Source: an uncultured Prochlorococcus sp.
Lineage (GTDB): Bacteria > Cyanobacteriota > Cyanobacteriia > PCC-6307 > Cyanobiaceae
Length of the DNA: 64,000 nt
Direction of reading: 5' to 3'
Assembly: GCA_902574425.1 (NCBI GenBank)
Contig: CACGNA010000002.1
Span: 2,593 to 66,592 of the forward strand
Position numbers and translations under genes: made by a program. Numbering within the stretch: the first letter of the stretch is position 1; each line of letters begins with the position of its first letter. This document shows positions 1 through 10,673 of the stretch, one piece after another. The notes beneath the pieces were generated by a model that worked only from the letters and a program-made list of their open reading frames with translations, had not been told where the DNA came from and searched no databases.

Positions 1-1126
1 AGCTAAGAAAAAATCAAATTTTAAAATTTTTCTTCCATTTTTTGAAGAGTTAGTCAAATTGCGTATTGAAGAGACAAAACAAATATCTGATCAATATTCA
101 CCATGGGAGACACTAGCCCAACCCTTTGAGCCTGAATTGACTTTGAAGTGGTTGAAAAAAATGTTCCAACCATTGAAAGAAACTATCCCAGATTTGATTA
201 GAGGAATTAACCAGTCCAAAAAAAAACATTGGGATTTAAGTCCAGAATTTCAACAAAAATTATGTTCTGAATTACTTGATGATTTTGGGAGAGATAAAGA
301 TCTCGTGATTGTTAGTAAATCTCCCCATCCTTTTTCTATTACATTAGGACCTGATGATTATAGGATGACGACAAGAATTGTTGAAGGTGAACCATTATCA
401 AGTTTTTTGGCAACTGCGCATGAATGGGGGCATTCAATTTATGAGCAGGGTCTGCCATCTCAAAGTCATCAATGGTTTGCTTGGCCTTTAGGTCAAGCAA
501 CTTCTATGGGGATTCATGAAAGTCAATCTTTATTTTGGGAAAATAGAATAGTTAAATGCAAATCTTTTGCAAAAAGATTTTTTAAGAAATTTGTTTCAGC
601 TGGATGTTCGCTAAATAATTACTTAGAACTCTGGAAATCCATTAATCATATGAAAGTAGGATTAAATAGGGTTGAGGCAGATGAATTGACCTATGGTTTA
701 CACATTTTAATAAGAACCGAACTTGAAATAGATTTAATTGAAGGAGGGTTACCTGCTGAAGATATCCCAGCAGAATGGAATAAAAGATATGATGAACTCC
801 TAGGTATAAAACCATCTAATGATTCAGAAGGTTGTCTACAAGATGTTCATTGGAGTGAAGGCGCGTTTGGATATTTCCCCTCATATTTGTTAGGACATCT
901 TATAAGTGCTCAAATATCTAGTCAAATGGAAAGAGACATTGGTTTGATTGATAATTTAATTGAAAATGGTGAATATCAAAAAATCATCTTATGGTTAAAA
1001 AATAATATTCATAAATATGGCAGATCAGTTAATTCTATGGAGTTGGTAAGAACTGTAACTAATGAAGAACTATCCCCAGACTATTTTATTAATCATTTAA
1101 AGTCTAAAGTACGTGATTTCTGCTGA
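1..1126 (+). CDS. Carboxypeptidase Taq (M32) metallopeptidase, 5' truncated by window edge
   Basis: Frame open from nt 2; HPF, HEWGH (HExxH), HESQS and GCLQDVHW...GYFPSY motifs of family M32. Confidence 0.93.
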   Translation, partial: AKKKSNFKIFLPFFEELVKLRIEETKQISDQYSPWETLAQPFEPELTLKWLKKMFQPLKETIPDLIRGINQSKKKHWDLSPEFQQKLCSELLDDFGRDKDLVIVSKSPHPFSITLGPDDYRMTTRIVEGEPLSSFLATAHEWGHSIYEQGLPSQSHQWFAWPLGQATSMGIHESQSLFWENRIVKCKSFAKRFFKKFVSAGCSLNNYLELWKSINHMKVGLNRVEADELTYGLHILIRTELEIDLIEGGLPAEDIPAEWNKRYDELLGIKPSNDSEGCLQDVHWSEGAFGYFPSYLLGHLISAQISSQMERDIGLIDNLIENGEYQKIILWLKNNIHKYGRSVNSMELVRTVTNEELSPDYFINHLKSKVRDFC

Positions 1127-1189
1127 AACATTACTTTTAAAGAATTTGGTTGAGTGTGAGGATGTAAGATAAACAAAAATAATTTCTTG

Positions 1190-1777
1190 ATGGCAAATCT
1201 TAATCAATCCCCAAGTAGGGTTACACCAAATTTATTGCATATACTTAATGCTTTCACTGATAGCTCAAATTCAATAGTTAATACTATTGTTGAATTGAAT
1301 TCTAATACGATAAATAAATATGAATTAATTACAGAAACGGGTCATCTTAAACTTGATAGGGTGGGTTATTCCTCACTTGCTTACCCCTTTGCTTACGGAT
1401 GTATTCCGAGGACTTGGGATGAAGATGGAGATCCACTTGATATAGAAATTGTTGGAGTAACTGAGCCATTGATACCTGGATCTATTGTTGAGGCTAGGAT
1501 TATTGGGGTGATGAAATTTGATGATGGTGGAGAGGTTGATGATAAAGTAATAGCAGTTCTTGCAGATGATAAAAGAATGGATCACATCTCAAGTTTTGAA
1601 GACCTTGGAGAGCATTGGCTAAAAGAAACAACGTATTATTGGGAACACTATAAAGATCTAAAAAAACCAGGAACATGTAATGTTAATGGTTTTTTTGGTA
1701 TAGAAGAAGCTGTTAAAGTGATTAAAGATTGTGAAAATAGATATAAAAAAGAAATTGATCCTAAATTAGTAAATTAA
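1190..1777 (+). CDS. ppa: Soluble inorganic pyrophosphatase (family I), catalytic motifs intact
   Basis: KYE, DR, YPFAYGCIPRT, DGDPLD, DDKVIAV and HYKDL motifs. Confidence 0.92.
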   Translation: MANLNQSPSRVTPNLLHILNAFTDSSNSIVNTIVELNSNTINKYELITETGHLKLDRVGYSSLAYPFAYGCIPRTWDEDGDPLDIEIVGVTEPLIPGSIVEARIIGVMKFDDGGEVDDKVIAVLADDKRMDHISSFEDLGEHWLKETTYYWEHYKDLKKPGTCNVNGFFGIEEAVKVIKDCENRYKKEIDPKLVN

Positions 1778-1783
1778 CTAATT

Positions 1784-2734
1784 TTAGTTTTCTCTAAATT
1801 GTTCAAATATTTCGCTTAGTATTTTGTCGGCACCTTGGAGCTTTAGTTTTTTAGCTAGTTCTTTGCCTACTTCTTCAGGATCATTAATATGGCCAATATA
1901 TTGGTCTTTTATAAGCCTTTCTCCATCTAGAGAGGCAACCATACCAGTAAGGCAAAGTTGTTCATCTTGGATTTTACTATTAACACCTATAGGAACTTGG
2001 CATCCCCCTTCAAGTTCTCTTAAAAAAGCCCTTTCTGCAAGACATCTTTGACTAGTTGGTTTATCTTCCAAAACATTTATAATTTCTAAAACCTTTTCAT
2101 CATTAGATTTACATTCAATGCCTAGTGCTCCTTGACCAACAGCATGAAGGGAAATTTCTTTTGGAATAATCTGGTGAATTCTTGCTTCAAATCCCAACCT
2201 CTTTAACCCAGCCGCAGCAAGAATTATGCAATCAAATTCTCCTGAATCCAACTTTTCTATTCTTGTGATAACATTCCCTCTGATATCTTTGAAAATAAGA
2301 TGTGGATACTTATTTCTTAATTGTGCAAGCCTTCTAAGGGAGCTTGTGCCCACAATCGAACCTTCAGGTAAGGTTTCTAATTTATAACAATCATTTTTTT
2401 TGCTTACTACTAAAGCATCTGCAGGGTCCTCCCTTTTTGTTATACATCCTAATTGAAGTCCGCTAGGTAAATTGGTTGGTAAATCTTTTAGAGAATGTAC
2501 TGCTATATCTGCATGACCTACGAGCATTTGTGCTTCAAGTTCTTTTGTGAATAAGCCTTTGTCCCCTATTTTTGCTAGGGCTACATCAAGAATTTTGTCA
2601 CCTTGAGTTGCCATGGCCTCTATAGATACATCTAAATTGGGAATATTTTTTTCTAGTTGATCTTTAACCCATAAAGTTTGAACCATGGCTAGTTTACTTC
2701 TTCTACTAGCTATTTTCAGTTTAAAATTAGTCAT
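1784..2734 (-). CDS. hemC: Porphobilinogen deaminase
   Basis: [35 protein letters not shown] and LEGGCQVP motifs. Confidence 0.97.
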   Translation of the reverse strand: MTNFKLKIASRRSKLAMVQTLWVKDQLEKNIPNLDVSIEAMATQGDKILDVALAKIGDKGLFTKELEAQMLVGHADIAVHSLKDLPTNLPSGLQLGCITKREDPADALVVSKKNDCYKLETLPEGSIVGTSSLRRLAQLRNKYPHLIFKDIRGNVITRIEKLDSGEFDCIILAAAGLKRLGFEARIHQIIPKEISLHAVGQGALGIECKSNDEKVLEIINVLEDKPTSQRCLAERAFLRELEGGCQVPIGVNSKIQDEQLCLTGMVASLDGERLIKDQYIGHINDPEEVGKELAKKLKLQGADKILSEIFEQFREN

Positions 2735-2830
2735 TAAATATTATTTTGAGTTTGGATTAAAATTAAGTCGAATTTATTTTAAGCTATTCCTTTGCAACTT
2801 TCCAAAGCTGAAAATTATATTTAACTTTTT

Positions 2831-4021
2831 TTATTTTATATATTCTTTTAAAACCCCATTTCTATTTGGATGCCTTAGCTTTCTGAGGGCTTTTGCTTCG
2901 ATTTGTCTAATTCTTTCTCTTGTTACATCAAAAATCTGTCCAATTTCTTCAAGAGTTTTCATCCTTCCATCATCAATTCCATATCTCAACCTAAGAACAT
3001 CTCTTTCCCTTGGACTTAGAGTTGCTAGGACTCCTTCTAGATCTTCTCTTAATAAAGTTTTAGAAACATCTTGCTCTGGATTTTCTATGTCAGCCTCTAT
3101 AAAGTCTCCAAGTCTTGAATCTTCTTCTTTACCTATTGGAGTTTCTAAAGAAATAGGAAGCTGAGCACTTTTAGCTATAAATCTTAATTTCTCAATTGTC
3201 ATTTCCATACTTTCAGCTATTTCTTCTTCACTTGGTTTCCTTCCGAATTCTTGGCTAAGAACTTTTGTAGTTTTTTTGATTCTGGATATCGTCTCGTATA
3301 AATGAACTGGCAATCTAATAGTTCTACTTTGGTCAGCGATTGCTCTAGTAATAGCTTGGCGAATCCACCAAGTAGCATAAGTTGAGAATTTGTACCCTTT
3401 TTCATGATCAAATTTCTCGGCTGCCCTAATAAGACCCAAACTTCCTTCTTGTATTAAGTCTTGAAATGATAAACCTCTATTCATATATTTTTTAGCAATG
3501 GAAACAACTAATCTTAAATTTGATTGAACCATTTTTTCTTTAGCTCTTCTTCCTAAAAGAAGTCTTCTTCTGAATTTTGGAAGAGGCATATCTATTAATT
3601 CGGCCCATTCTCTAACAGATGGGAAATGGCCTTTCTCTGACTCATATTGAGTTGCTAGTTCTTCTAGTTGAAGTAAATCAGCAATTTTTCTTGCAAGTTC
3701 AATCTCTTCATCTGGTCTTAAAAGTCTAATTCTTCCAATTTCTTGGAGGTAAACTCTTATTGAATCTTCAGTGTAAATACCTTTTGGACCAAGTTTTATA
3801 TTCCCAAGCCCTTTATCTTCTTCCTCAGAATCACTAAACTCATCATTATTATTATTATTTTCTATTTTGCTTTCGTTTAAATCAGAAGATGCCTTTAAAT
3901 TTTGACTATTTTTATTTCTATCTTCTTCAACTGCTGTTTCTACATTAGTATTAATTTTTTTATTCATCTTTTTTTTAGAACTAGGCTTAGAATTCTTTGA
4001 TTCTGCTGCGACTGGACACAT
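2831..4021 (-). CDS. sigA: Principal (group 1) sigma factor SigA/RpoD
   Basis: [11 protein letters not shown] region 1.2, [33 protein letters not shown], region 4 HTH; SD AAAGGAG at 4028-4034. Confidence 0.96.
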   Translation of the reverse strand: MCPVAAESKNSKPSSKKKMNKKINTNVETAVEEDRNKNSQNLKASSDLNESKIENNNNNDEFSDSEEEDKGLGNIKLGPKGIYTEDSIRVYLQEIGRIRLLRPDEEIELARKIADLLQLEELATQYESEKGHFPSVREWAELIDMPLPKFRRRLLLGRRAKEKMVQSNLRLVVSIAKKYMNRGLSFQDLIQEGSLGLIRAAEKFDHEKGYKFSTYATWWIRQAITRAIADQSRTIRLPVHLYETISRIKKTTKVLSQEFGRKPSEEEIAESMEMTIEKLRFIAKSAQLPISLETPIGKEEDSRLGDFIEADIENPEQDVSKTLLREDLEGVLATLSPRERDVLRLRYGIDDGRMKTLEEIGQIFDVTRERIRQIEAKALRKLRHPNRNGVLKEYIK

Positions 4022-4058
4022 GATTGACTCCTTTCTATGGTGAATTTAACTAGATAAA

Positions 4059-4101
4059 ATTTTATTTAGGACTGATTTGTACATTTAGTAGTAAAAATTA
4101 C
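4059..4101 (-). promoter_or_regulatory. Candidate NtcA-type promoter of sigA (GTA-N8-TAC, N23, TAAAAT)
   Basis: Minus strand GTAatttttacTAC (4101-4088), 23 nt, then TAAAAT (4064-4059). Confidence 0.4.
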
Positions 4102-4214
4102 CCTAATGTGTAAAAGAACTTTCCCCACCAAATCTGAATAAAAAAGTTTTTCTAAATTGTTGAAAAATTTAAATAGTGCTATAGATTACCTAAAGTAAAT
4201 AGTCTTGGGATTTC

Positions 4215-4265
4215 TCAGACAGGCAGATCAGTTTTTGAATTTTCACTCAATGATCCAAGCTTCAT
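4215..4265 (-). other. Possible 16-aa upstream ORF in the sigA leader (MKLGSLSENSKTDLPV)
   Basis: ATG at 4265 preceded by TAAGGGAGAC; TGA at 4217-4215. Confidence 0.25.
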
Positions 4266-4308
4266 GTCTCCCTTAAGAGCAGGATACTTACAATGTGCAA
4301 AAAACACT

Positions 4309-4358
4309 TGTGGAATGTTCAACAATCCAATACTAAGAAAAAGTTTTGAAGCCGGCAA
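4309..4358 (-). promoter_or_regulatory. Distal sigma70-type promoter of sigA followed by the GTTGAACATTCCACA motif
   Basis: TTGCCG (4358-4353), 17 nt, TAGTAT (4335-4330); predicted TSS near 4323 coincides with the motif start. Confidence 0.5.
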
Positions 4359-6622
4359 GTAATCAGTTATTAAATATCTCTTTTAAATTTGAGGTTTTGC
4401 TTGATATAGGCAGTAGTAGTTGTGGCTTTCACTATTTAGATGGAAATAATCTTGGCGTAGAAGTTGGGGATATTGTAATTGTAAAACTTAGAGGGAGATT
4501 ATTGAATGGTTTAGTGATCTCCAAAGAAAACTTTCCCAAAATTAATAAAGATGAAGCAAATATTAATGGAGTAGGGATTAAAAAATATTTGTTTATTGAA
4601 GGTATTTTGCAGAAAAAAATAATTGATGACTGTTGGAGAGAATGGATAGAGTCCCTGGCTACTTTTTATATGGTAAGTAATTTAAAAATGTTTAAAACGG
4701 CATTCCCTCCCGGTTGGATTGGTAAATATAAGAAAATTTCTCAAGGTTTAAAAGATCAAATATGGATTGAAACCAAGAAAGAATTAGATATAAAAAAAAA
4801 TGAATTGACCAATAAAGAATTTTTATTAATAAATACTTTGCCTAAAAAGGGTAATTGGCAAAGTGAATTAATAAAGTTTGGTTTTAATTCCACTCTTATT
4901 AACACAATGGTTAGTAAGAATTATTTGATGAAATCTAAAAGAAAAAAAACAATAAATCCTAAATTAAATTTCTTTTTTAATGATCATATTTCAATAAAAA
5001 AACCAAATCTTACAAATGAGCAAAAAGTTGTATGTCAAGAATTTCGAGCAATGAAACCTGGAGATGTATTACTGCTATGGGGTGAAACAGGTTCAGGCAA
5101 AACAGAAGTTTATATGAGAATGTCTGAAGATCAATTGCTTAATAAAAAAAGTTGTTTGATACTTGCCCCAGAAATTGGCCTGATTCCTCAACTTATTGAC
5201 AGATTTAGTAGCCGATTTAATAATGTTGTTTATGAATATCATAGTAACTGCTCTTCTAGTCATAGAACTTTAGTTTGGAAAAAAGTTATCAATACGAATG
5301 AACCACTAATAGTAATAGGAACAAGGTCTGCAGTATTTCTTCCAATTAAAAATCTAGGATTAATAATTATGGATGAAGAACATGATGTTTCATATAAACA
5401 AGATAGCCCCATGCCTTGTTATGACGCAAGAGAGGTTGCTATTGAAATAGTACAAAGGAGTTCTGCAAAGCTAATTTTTGGAAGCGCAACCCCATCAATG
5501 CAGACTTGGAAAAAATGTATTTATGAAAAAAATTTTAAATTGGTACGAATGATTCAAAGGATATCTAGGAATGAGGTGCCTGAAATAAGAATTATTGATA
5601 TGCGGGATGAATTTAAGAAAGGAAATATGAAAATTTTATCCAGTGAATTATTAGAATTACTTCCCAAACTACGCTTAAAGAATGAACAAGCAATAATTTT
5701 GATCCCTAGAAGGGGACATAGTGGTTTTTTAAGTTGCAGAAATTGTGGATATTTAATAAATTGTCCAAACTGTGACGTCCCTTTATCAGTACATCTTGGT
5801 TCGCAAGGGAAAAAATGGTTAAGTTGTCATTGGTGCGATCATAAATCGAGACTGATCAATCATTGTCCAAGCTGTAATTCAAATGCCTTCAAGCCTTTTG
5901 GAATAGGGACGCAAAGAGTTTTGGAGTTTTTAAATGAAGAGTTCCCTGACTTAAGAGTTCTTCGATTTGATCGCGATACAACATCAAGTAAGGATGGTCA
6001 TAGAGATATTCTTTCAAAGTTTTCTAACGGTGATGCTGATATTCTTGTGGGAACTCAGATGTTGGCAAAAGGGATCGATATCCCCAATATTACGCTTTCG
6101 GTAGTTATCGCGGCAGATGGATTGCTTCATCGTCCAGATATTTCAGCAGAAGAAAAATCACTACAATTATTTTTACAATTAGCTGGTAGAGCAGGCAGAG
6201 CTCAAAAAAAAGGACAAGTTATTTTTCAAACATATAAACCGAACCACCCTGTAATTTCATACCTCCAGAAAAGAGATTATGAAAGATTTTTGAATGAAAC
6301 TTCGAAATTGAGAAAAGATGCTAATTTATTCCCATTCTGTAAGGTCTGCCTACTAAAGTTATCGGGTGAAAATTATGAATTAACAGAATTAATTGCAATT
6401 AAAGTGGCAAAATATCTGCTAAGTTTTTGTAAACAAAATAACTGGAAATTAATTGGTCCTGCTCCTAGTTTAATTGCTAAAGTTGGGAAAAAATTTAGAT
6501 GGCAGATATTAATACATGGTCCTGAAGGCTCAAAGATACCTTTGCCAGATAGATCATTATTATGGAAACTTATTCCAAAAAATGTTTTTTTAACAATTGA
6601 TCTTAATCCAGCAGAGTTGTAA
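4346..6622 (+). CDS. priA: Primosomal protein N' (replication restart helicase)
   Basis: GETGSGKT Walker A, DEEH, two CxxC zinc clusters, GTQMLAKG, QLAGRAGR; exact start uncertain. Confidence 0.95.
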   Translation: MKPASNQLLNISFKFEVLLDIGSSSCGFHYLDGNNLGVEVGDIVIVKLRGRLLNGLVISKENFPKINKDEANINGVGIKKYLFIEGILQKKIIDDCWREWIESLATFYMVSNLKMFKTAFPPGWIGKYKKISQGLKDQIWIETKKELDIKKNELTNKEFLLINTLPKKGNWQSELIKFGFNSTLINTMVSKNYLMKSKRKKTINPKLNFFFNDHISIKKPNLTNEQKVVCQEFRAMKPGDVLLLWGETGSGKTEVYMRMSEDQLLNKKSCLILAPEIGLIPQLIDRFSSRFNNVVYEYHSNCSSSHRTLVWKKVINTNEPLIVIGTRSAVFLPIKNLGLIIMDEEHDVSYKQDSPMPCYDAREVAIEIVQRSSAKLIFGSATPSMQTWKKCIYEKNFKLVRMIQRISRNEVPEIRIIDMRDEFKKGNMKILSSELLELLPKLRLKNEQAIILIPRRGHSGFLSCRNCGYLINCPNCDVPLSVHLGSQGKKWLSCHWCDHKSRLINHCPSCNSNAFKPFGIGTQRVLEFLNEEFPDLRVLRFDRDTTSSKDGHRDILSKFSNGDADILVGTQMLAKGIDIPNITLSVVIAADGLLHRPDISAEEKSLQLFLQLAGRAGRAQKKGQVIFQTYKPNHPVISYLQKRDYERFLNETSKLRKDANLFPFCKVCLLKLSGENYELTELIAIKVAKYLLSFCKQNNWKLIGPAPSLIAKVGKKFRWQILIHGPEGSKIPLPDRSLLWKLIPKNVFLTIDLNPAEL

Positions 6623-7732
6623 TTACTTTGATGGAAGTTGCGGTAAATCTGTACCTAACTTAAATCTATAGAATCTTAATGAATAAGCCAATATTATTAT
6701 TATTAAAATAATTGATATTCCAATTAACAATTTGTTCCAGCTCCAGAAATAAAATTCGAGACTATTCATTTGTCCTAAATTTAAATTCCATATTATTAGA
6801 TTTCTTGTGATTTCTAAATTTGAATTATTTTTATCAGTAAGGGTAGCTTTATTTGGGTGAATAATTTTGAAAATGAGTTCTAAATTATCAACACTTTTAA
6901 TAGAGTTAAGATCTAAACCCACCCTGTAAAAGTATTTTTTAAAGAATATGTAGTTTTTTTGAGTAGTATCGATTTCTATATTTGTTGACCCTCCCGCTAA
7001 CTCTCCAGCAGTATTCTGGATGATTTTAAGAATTTGCTTTGTATTCTCTAGATTGAGATTTTTATTTTTCAGAGAAAAAGTTGATTCTTCTTGTGCAATT
7101 TCTGCATCTGGGAAAATATCTTTAATTTTTTCTTCAAATATACTCTGCCAAGGAAATTTTTTAATGTATTTACTTTCTATTACTAGATTATTAGTTATTG
7201 AATCAAGTTCACTAATATCAAGGGTATTCTCAACTTTAACGCAGCCACTTAAGAGTGGAATTAAAAATAATAGTATTAAAAAAATGATCAGTGAAAAGCC
7301 CTTCTGAAAGGATTTTGTTTCACCAGTTGGAGTATCAGTAACATTAATAAATTTCTTTTTCTTCACTACTTCTCTTTGTTTTCGTAGTGAGTTAAGAGAT
7401 TTTTTATTTAGTGATGGATCACTTTCAAATTCAACGTTCCAATTTTCTGGTTTTTTAATGTCAGGAGAATCTATAACTTCCATCAAATATTTTGCATTTT
7501 CTCTTGTCTTATTATCGTAAGATTTTAGAAGTTCTTTGCAAAATCTTTTTGCCTCTTCCTTTTTATTGATACCACAAAGAGCAGTAATTAAAATTGTTCT
7601 TAGATTTACTCCCGCTTTACTTGATAAAGGAAATGATTCGATTATTGGTAAAAGAAATTCAATGCAATATTCATAATCACCTTTAGCTAAAGCAAGTTCA
7701 ACTGTTTCTAAAACTTTCTCATAAGTTTTCAT
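6623..7732 (-). CDS. DUF3153-like membrane protein with N-terminal TPR-like region
   Basis: Helical TPR-like N-terminus, internal hydrophobic segment ending LLSGC, C-terminal TM helix; downstream of argB. Confidence 0.7.
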   Translation of the reverse strand: MKTYEKVLETVELALAKGDYEYCIEFLLPIIESFPLSSKAGVNLRTILITALCGINKKEEAKRFCKELLKSYDNKTRENAKYLMEVIDSPDIKKPENWNVEFESDPSLNKKSLNSLRKQREVVKKKKFINVTDTPTGETKSFQKGFSLIIFLILLFLIPLLSGCVKVENTLDISELDSITNNLVIESKYIKKFPWQSIFEEKIKDIFPDAEIAQEESTFSLKNKNLNLENTKQILKIIQNTAGELAGGSTNIEIDTTQKNYIFFKKYFYRVGLDLNSIKSVDNLELIFKIIHPNKATLTDKNNSNLEITRNLIIWNLNLGQMNSLEFYFWSWNKLLIGISIILIIIILAYSLRFYRFKLGTDLPQLPSK

Positions 7733-7735
7733 AAG

Positions 7736-8587
7736 TCAGGCAACTATCATTGTACCAATTCCAGAATTTGTAAAAATCTCAAGAAGTAATGAATGTTCAA
7801 TTCTTCCATCAATTATGTGAGCTGCCTTGACTCCTTGAGCTAAAGATCTTATACAGCATTCCGTCTTTGGAATCATACCTTCAGTGACAATTTCTTTATC
7901 AATAAAATCTCTTGCCTCTTTAAGATTCATTTTTTCAACAAGACTATATTTATTATCTTTTTCTTTTAAAATACCTTGAGTGTCAGTAAGAAGTATAAGT
8001 TTTTCTGCATTTATTGCAGCAGCAATTTCCCCAGCGACAAAATCTGCATTAATATTATGAGAAATACCCTCCATAGTTGATCCAATACTAGAGATAATAG
8101 GGATATATCCTCTAGAAATAAGAGGATCTAATATTTCAGGATTGATTTTTGTGACCTCTCCTACTAAACCATGGCTCCCATCCCCTAATTCCCTGGATTG
8201 AATTAAGTTCCCATCAAGACCCGATATCCCCACAGCTAGGGCTCCAGTTTTATTAATGCCTCTTACAATTTGTTTGTTGACCCTTCCCATTAGAACCATC
8301 TCGACAATATCCATTGTTTTTTGATCGGTAATTCTTAACCCATTATCAAATTTAGGAGATATTTCTAATTTCTTTAACCAACTATTAATTTCGGGCCCTC
8401 CTCCATGAATTACTATCGGACACACCCCCACGCTTGATAATAGAGCTATATCTCTAAAAAAGGCCTGTTTTAAATCATCCTCCTCCATAACAGAACCACC
8501 ATACTTGATAACAATTTTTCTACCTGAGAAACGTTGTATATATGGAAGTGCTTCGCTTAATATTGATACTCTTTGAGAATCATTCAT
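7736..8587 (-). CDS. argB: Acetylglutamate kinase
   Basis: [26 protein letters not shown] and GMIPK motifs. Confidence 0.96.
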   Translation of the reverse strand: MNDSQRVSILSEALPYIQRFSGRKIVIKYGGSVMEEDDLKQAFFRDIALLSSVGVCPIVIHGGGPEINSWLKKLEISPKFDNGLRITDQKTMDIVEMVLMGRVNKQIVRGINKTGALAVGISGLDGNLIQSRELGDGSHGLVGEVTKINPEILDPLISRGYIPIISSIGSTMEGISHNINADFVAGEIAAAINAEKLILLTDTQGILKEKDNKYSLVEKMNLKEARDFIDKEIVTEGMIPKTECCIRSLAQGVKAAHIIDGRIEHSLLLEIFTNSGIGTMIVA

Positions 8588-8651
8588 TATTAAAAAACAA
8601 TAAAACTTTATTGAATTAAGAAATTAAGTTTTTACAAATATATCCCTATAT

Positions 8652-9182
8652 TTAATAAAATAGAATAAAATCAAATTCTTTTTTATTATCGTCGATAATA
8701 AATTCTGATTCAAGACCCTTTACGAAAAACCTGTTTAATCTTTCTTGTTTCTCAATCCATTTTTCTAGAGGAACAGCATTTAATTCAAAACGCATTCTGA
8801 GACCATTTTTATCTTCCTTTGTGATTTCTTCAATTTCTTTGAGTTGTGGAGGATTATCCTCGTTCCACAAATTTAAAGCTTCTAATGATGATTCAAGATG
8901 AGCTTTTGTACCATACCTCCATCTTGTGACATCTTTAACTAGTGCCGTCAATTCTTTTGGTCTATTAAATCTATTTATCGCAAAATTTGTCTTGTCAAAC
9001 AATTCTGCTGGAGGTATTTCTGAAGTCTTTAAACCTAATCCAATTAGCAAAATAGGTACTCCATAAAAAAAAGTAGGTACGCTTAAGTTTACTGAGTCTG
9101 TAAAATAAGCAGTCATCCCAACAAAAGCTAATATACCTCCAGTGGTTACGATTAAGTTTCCAGGTGATAAGTATTTCTTCAT
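8652..9182 (-). CDS. DUF2854-family conserved cyanobacterial membrane protein
   Basis: Two N-terminal TM helices, FFYGVPILLIGLGLK, DVTRWRYG..AHL, RFF motifs. Confidence 0.75.
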   Translation of the reverse strand: MKKYLSPGNLIVTTGGILAFVGMTAYFTDSVNLSVPTFFYGVPILLIGLGLKTSEIPPAELFDKTNFAINRFNRPKELTALVKDVTRWRYGTKAHLESSLEALNLWNEDNPPQLKEIEEITKEDKNGLRMRFELNAVPLEKWIEKQERLNRFFVKGLESEFIIDDNKKEFDFILFY

Positions 9183-9209
9183 TTTGATCTAGTAGAATAT
9201 TTTTTTAAT

Positions 9210-9407
9210 ATGCTAATGAGTATTATGCAAGATCCTAATACTTTAAATCAAGGCGATTTAATTCTAAAACTTGATAAAGATAGAGCGTGGCTCTTAGAGA
9301 ATCTTGATAAGGGTAAATGGCCTGAAATTAGAAGCAAAATTGCTGATCTTGAAAGGAAAATTAGCAAATTAATTATAAGTGTTCAAGAAAATAATGTTGA
9401 TATTTGA
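9210..9407 (+). CDS. Small conserved hypothetical protein (coiled-coil)
   Basis: 65-aa ORF filling the gap between flanking genes; DRAWLL..LD.GKWPE.R pattern. Confidence 0.6.
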   Translation: MLMSIMQDPNTLNQGDLILKLDKDRAWLLENLDKGKWPEIRSKIADLERKISKLIISVQENNVDI

Positions 9408-9408
9408 T

Positions 9409-9834
9409 TTAAAAAGGTATTTCGTCAACTTCGGGAACTAAAGGTGAACTATCCCAACTTGATTTTTTGGTAGTTTCTTTATTTTCAAATGATTCATTAT
9501 TTTCTTTTTGATCAGATTTAATGACTTCAACTGGCGATATTTGATGAATCTTTGAAGCTGTTAGTTCTGGTTGCTTTTCTTTTGTTCCGTCTTTTCTAGT
9601 GACAGAATTCATCTTTAGACGTCCCTCAATAACAATATTTTGCCCTTCCTTTAGTTCATCTACCATTTCTTGGGCAATATTTCCCCATCCTATGATCTTG
9701 AGATCTCTGGTTGGATCTTCACTACGTAATCCTTTAAAATTAACAATCATTTCAGCAATTGGAGTTTGGCTTTCTTTGGTATACCTCATTTGGGGAGCGC
9801 TATTAATTACCGCCTGAATTAAACAATGATTCAT
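9409..9834 (-). CDS. Single-stranded DNA-binding protein family (OB fold)
   Basis: PQMRYT, GWGNIA, IEGRL and acidic C-terminal DEIPF tail. Confidence 0.85.
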   Translation of the reverse strand: MNHCLIQAVINSAPQMRYTKESQTPIAEMIVNFKGLRSEDPTRDLKIIGWGNIAQEMVDELKEGQNIVIEGRLKMNSVTRKDGTKEKQPELTASKIHQISPVEVIKSDQKENNESFENKETTKKSSWDSSPLVPEVDEIPF

Positions 9835-9862
9835 TACTTACTATTTAATTAAAGACATACTG

Positions 9863-10660
9863 ATGCAGAATCAAGAAAATTGCTATAAAAATGTTTGGAT
9901 CCTATCAGGAACTTCGGATGGACCTGTAATAGCTAATAGGCTTCTTGAACTTAATTATTCAGTCTTTGCAAGTGTTTTAACTTATAAAGCAGGGCAAGCT
10001 TATATTGAAAATCCAAAGTTACATATCATTACGGGTAAATTAAATAATAAAGATCAAATAATTAATTTCATAAATAAAAATAAAATCACATGCGTTGTCG
10101 ATGCTACTCATCCGTTTGCCGTAATAATTTCTAAAAATCTTAATAATGCATGTAAAGAGATTAAAGTACCTCTCTTACTATTTGAGAGGAAATCTCTAAT
10201 AAAAAACACTAATAATTTTTTTTATATTGATGATTTAAAGGATATAAATAACGTTGATATAGAAAATAAGAATATTCTTCTGGCAATAGGATCAAGATTC
10301 CTTAACGATACAGCTAAATATTATATGAATTGTAGAGCAAATGTATTTACAAGGGTACTTCCAACTTATGAGAGTATAACTAAAGCTTTTGGGTCATGTA
10401 TTAAAAATACAAACATAGCGATACTTGAACCGAGTAAAAATAATAAAAACATTTTAGAAAAAAAACTTTGTGATTTTTGGGAGATAGATTATGTTCTATG
10501 CAGAGAATCTGGAAGTTATTCTCAGAAAAACTGGGAGAGTATAGTTTCTGGAAGTAAAATGAAGTTATTTTTGGTTAATAGGCCGAAAGTTAAAAATGAT
10601 TATTCTTACTCTTTTGATCAATATCACAAATTGATAAATCACATAATTAAAAAATATTGA
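9863..10660 (+). CDS. cobK: Precorrin-6A/cobalt-precorrin-6A reductase
   Basis: ILSGTSDG, VVDATHPFA, RVLP and RESG motifs. Confidence 0.9.
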   Translation: MQNQENCYKNVWILSGTSDGPVIANRLLELNYSVFASVLTYKAGQAYIENPKLHIITGKLNNKDQIINFINKNKITCVVDATHPFAVIISKNLNNACKEIKVPLLLFERKSLIKNTNNFFYIDDLKDINNVDIENKNILLAIGSRFLNDTAKYYMNCRANVFTRVLPTYESITKAFGSCIKNTNIAILEPSKNNKNILEKKLCDFWEIDYVLCRESGSYSQKNWESIVSGSKMKLFLVNRPKVKNDYSYSFDQYHKLINHIIKKY

Positions 10661-10673
10661 TGTTTAATTCATT

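Noticed and set aside
3845-3860. (ATT)n microsatellite in sigA
   Set aside because: It encodes a poly-Asn run in the variable N-terminus; in-frame, with no sign of phase variation.
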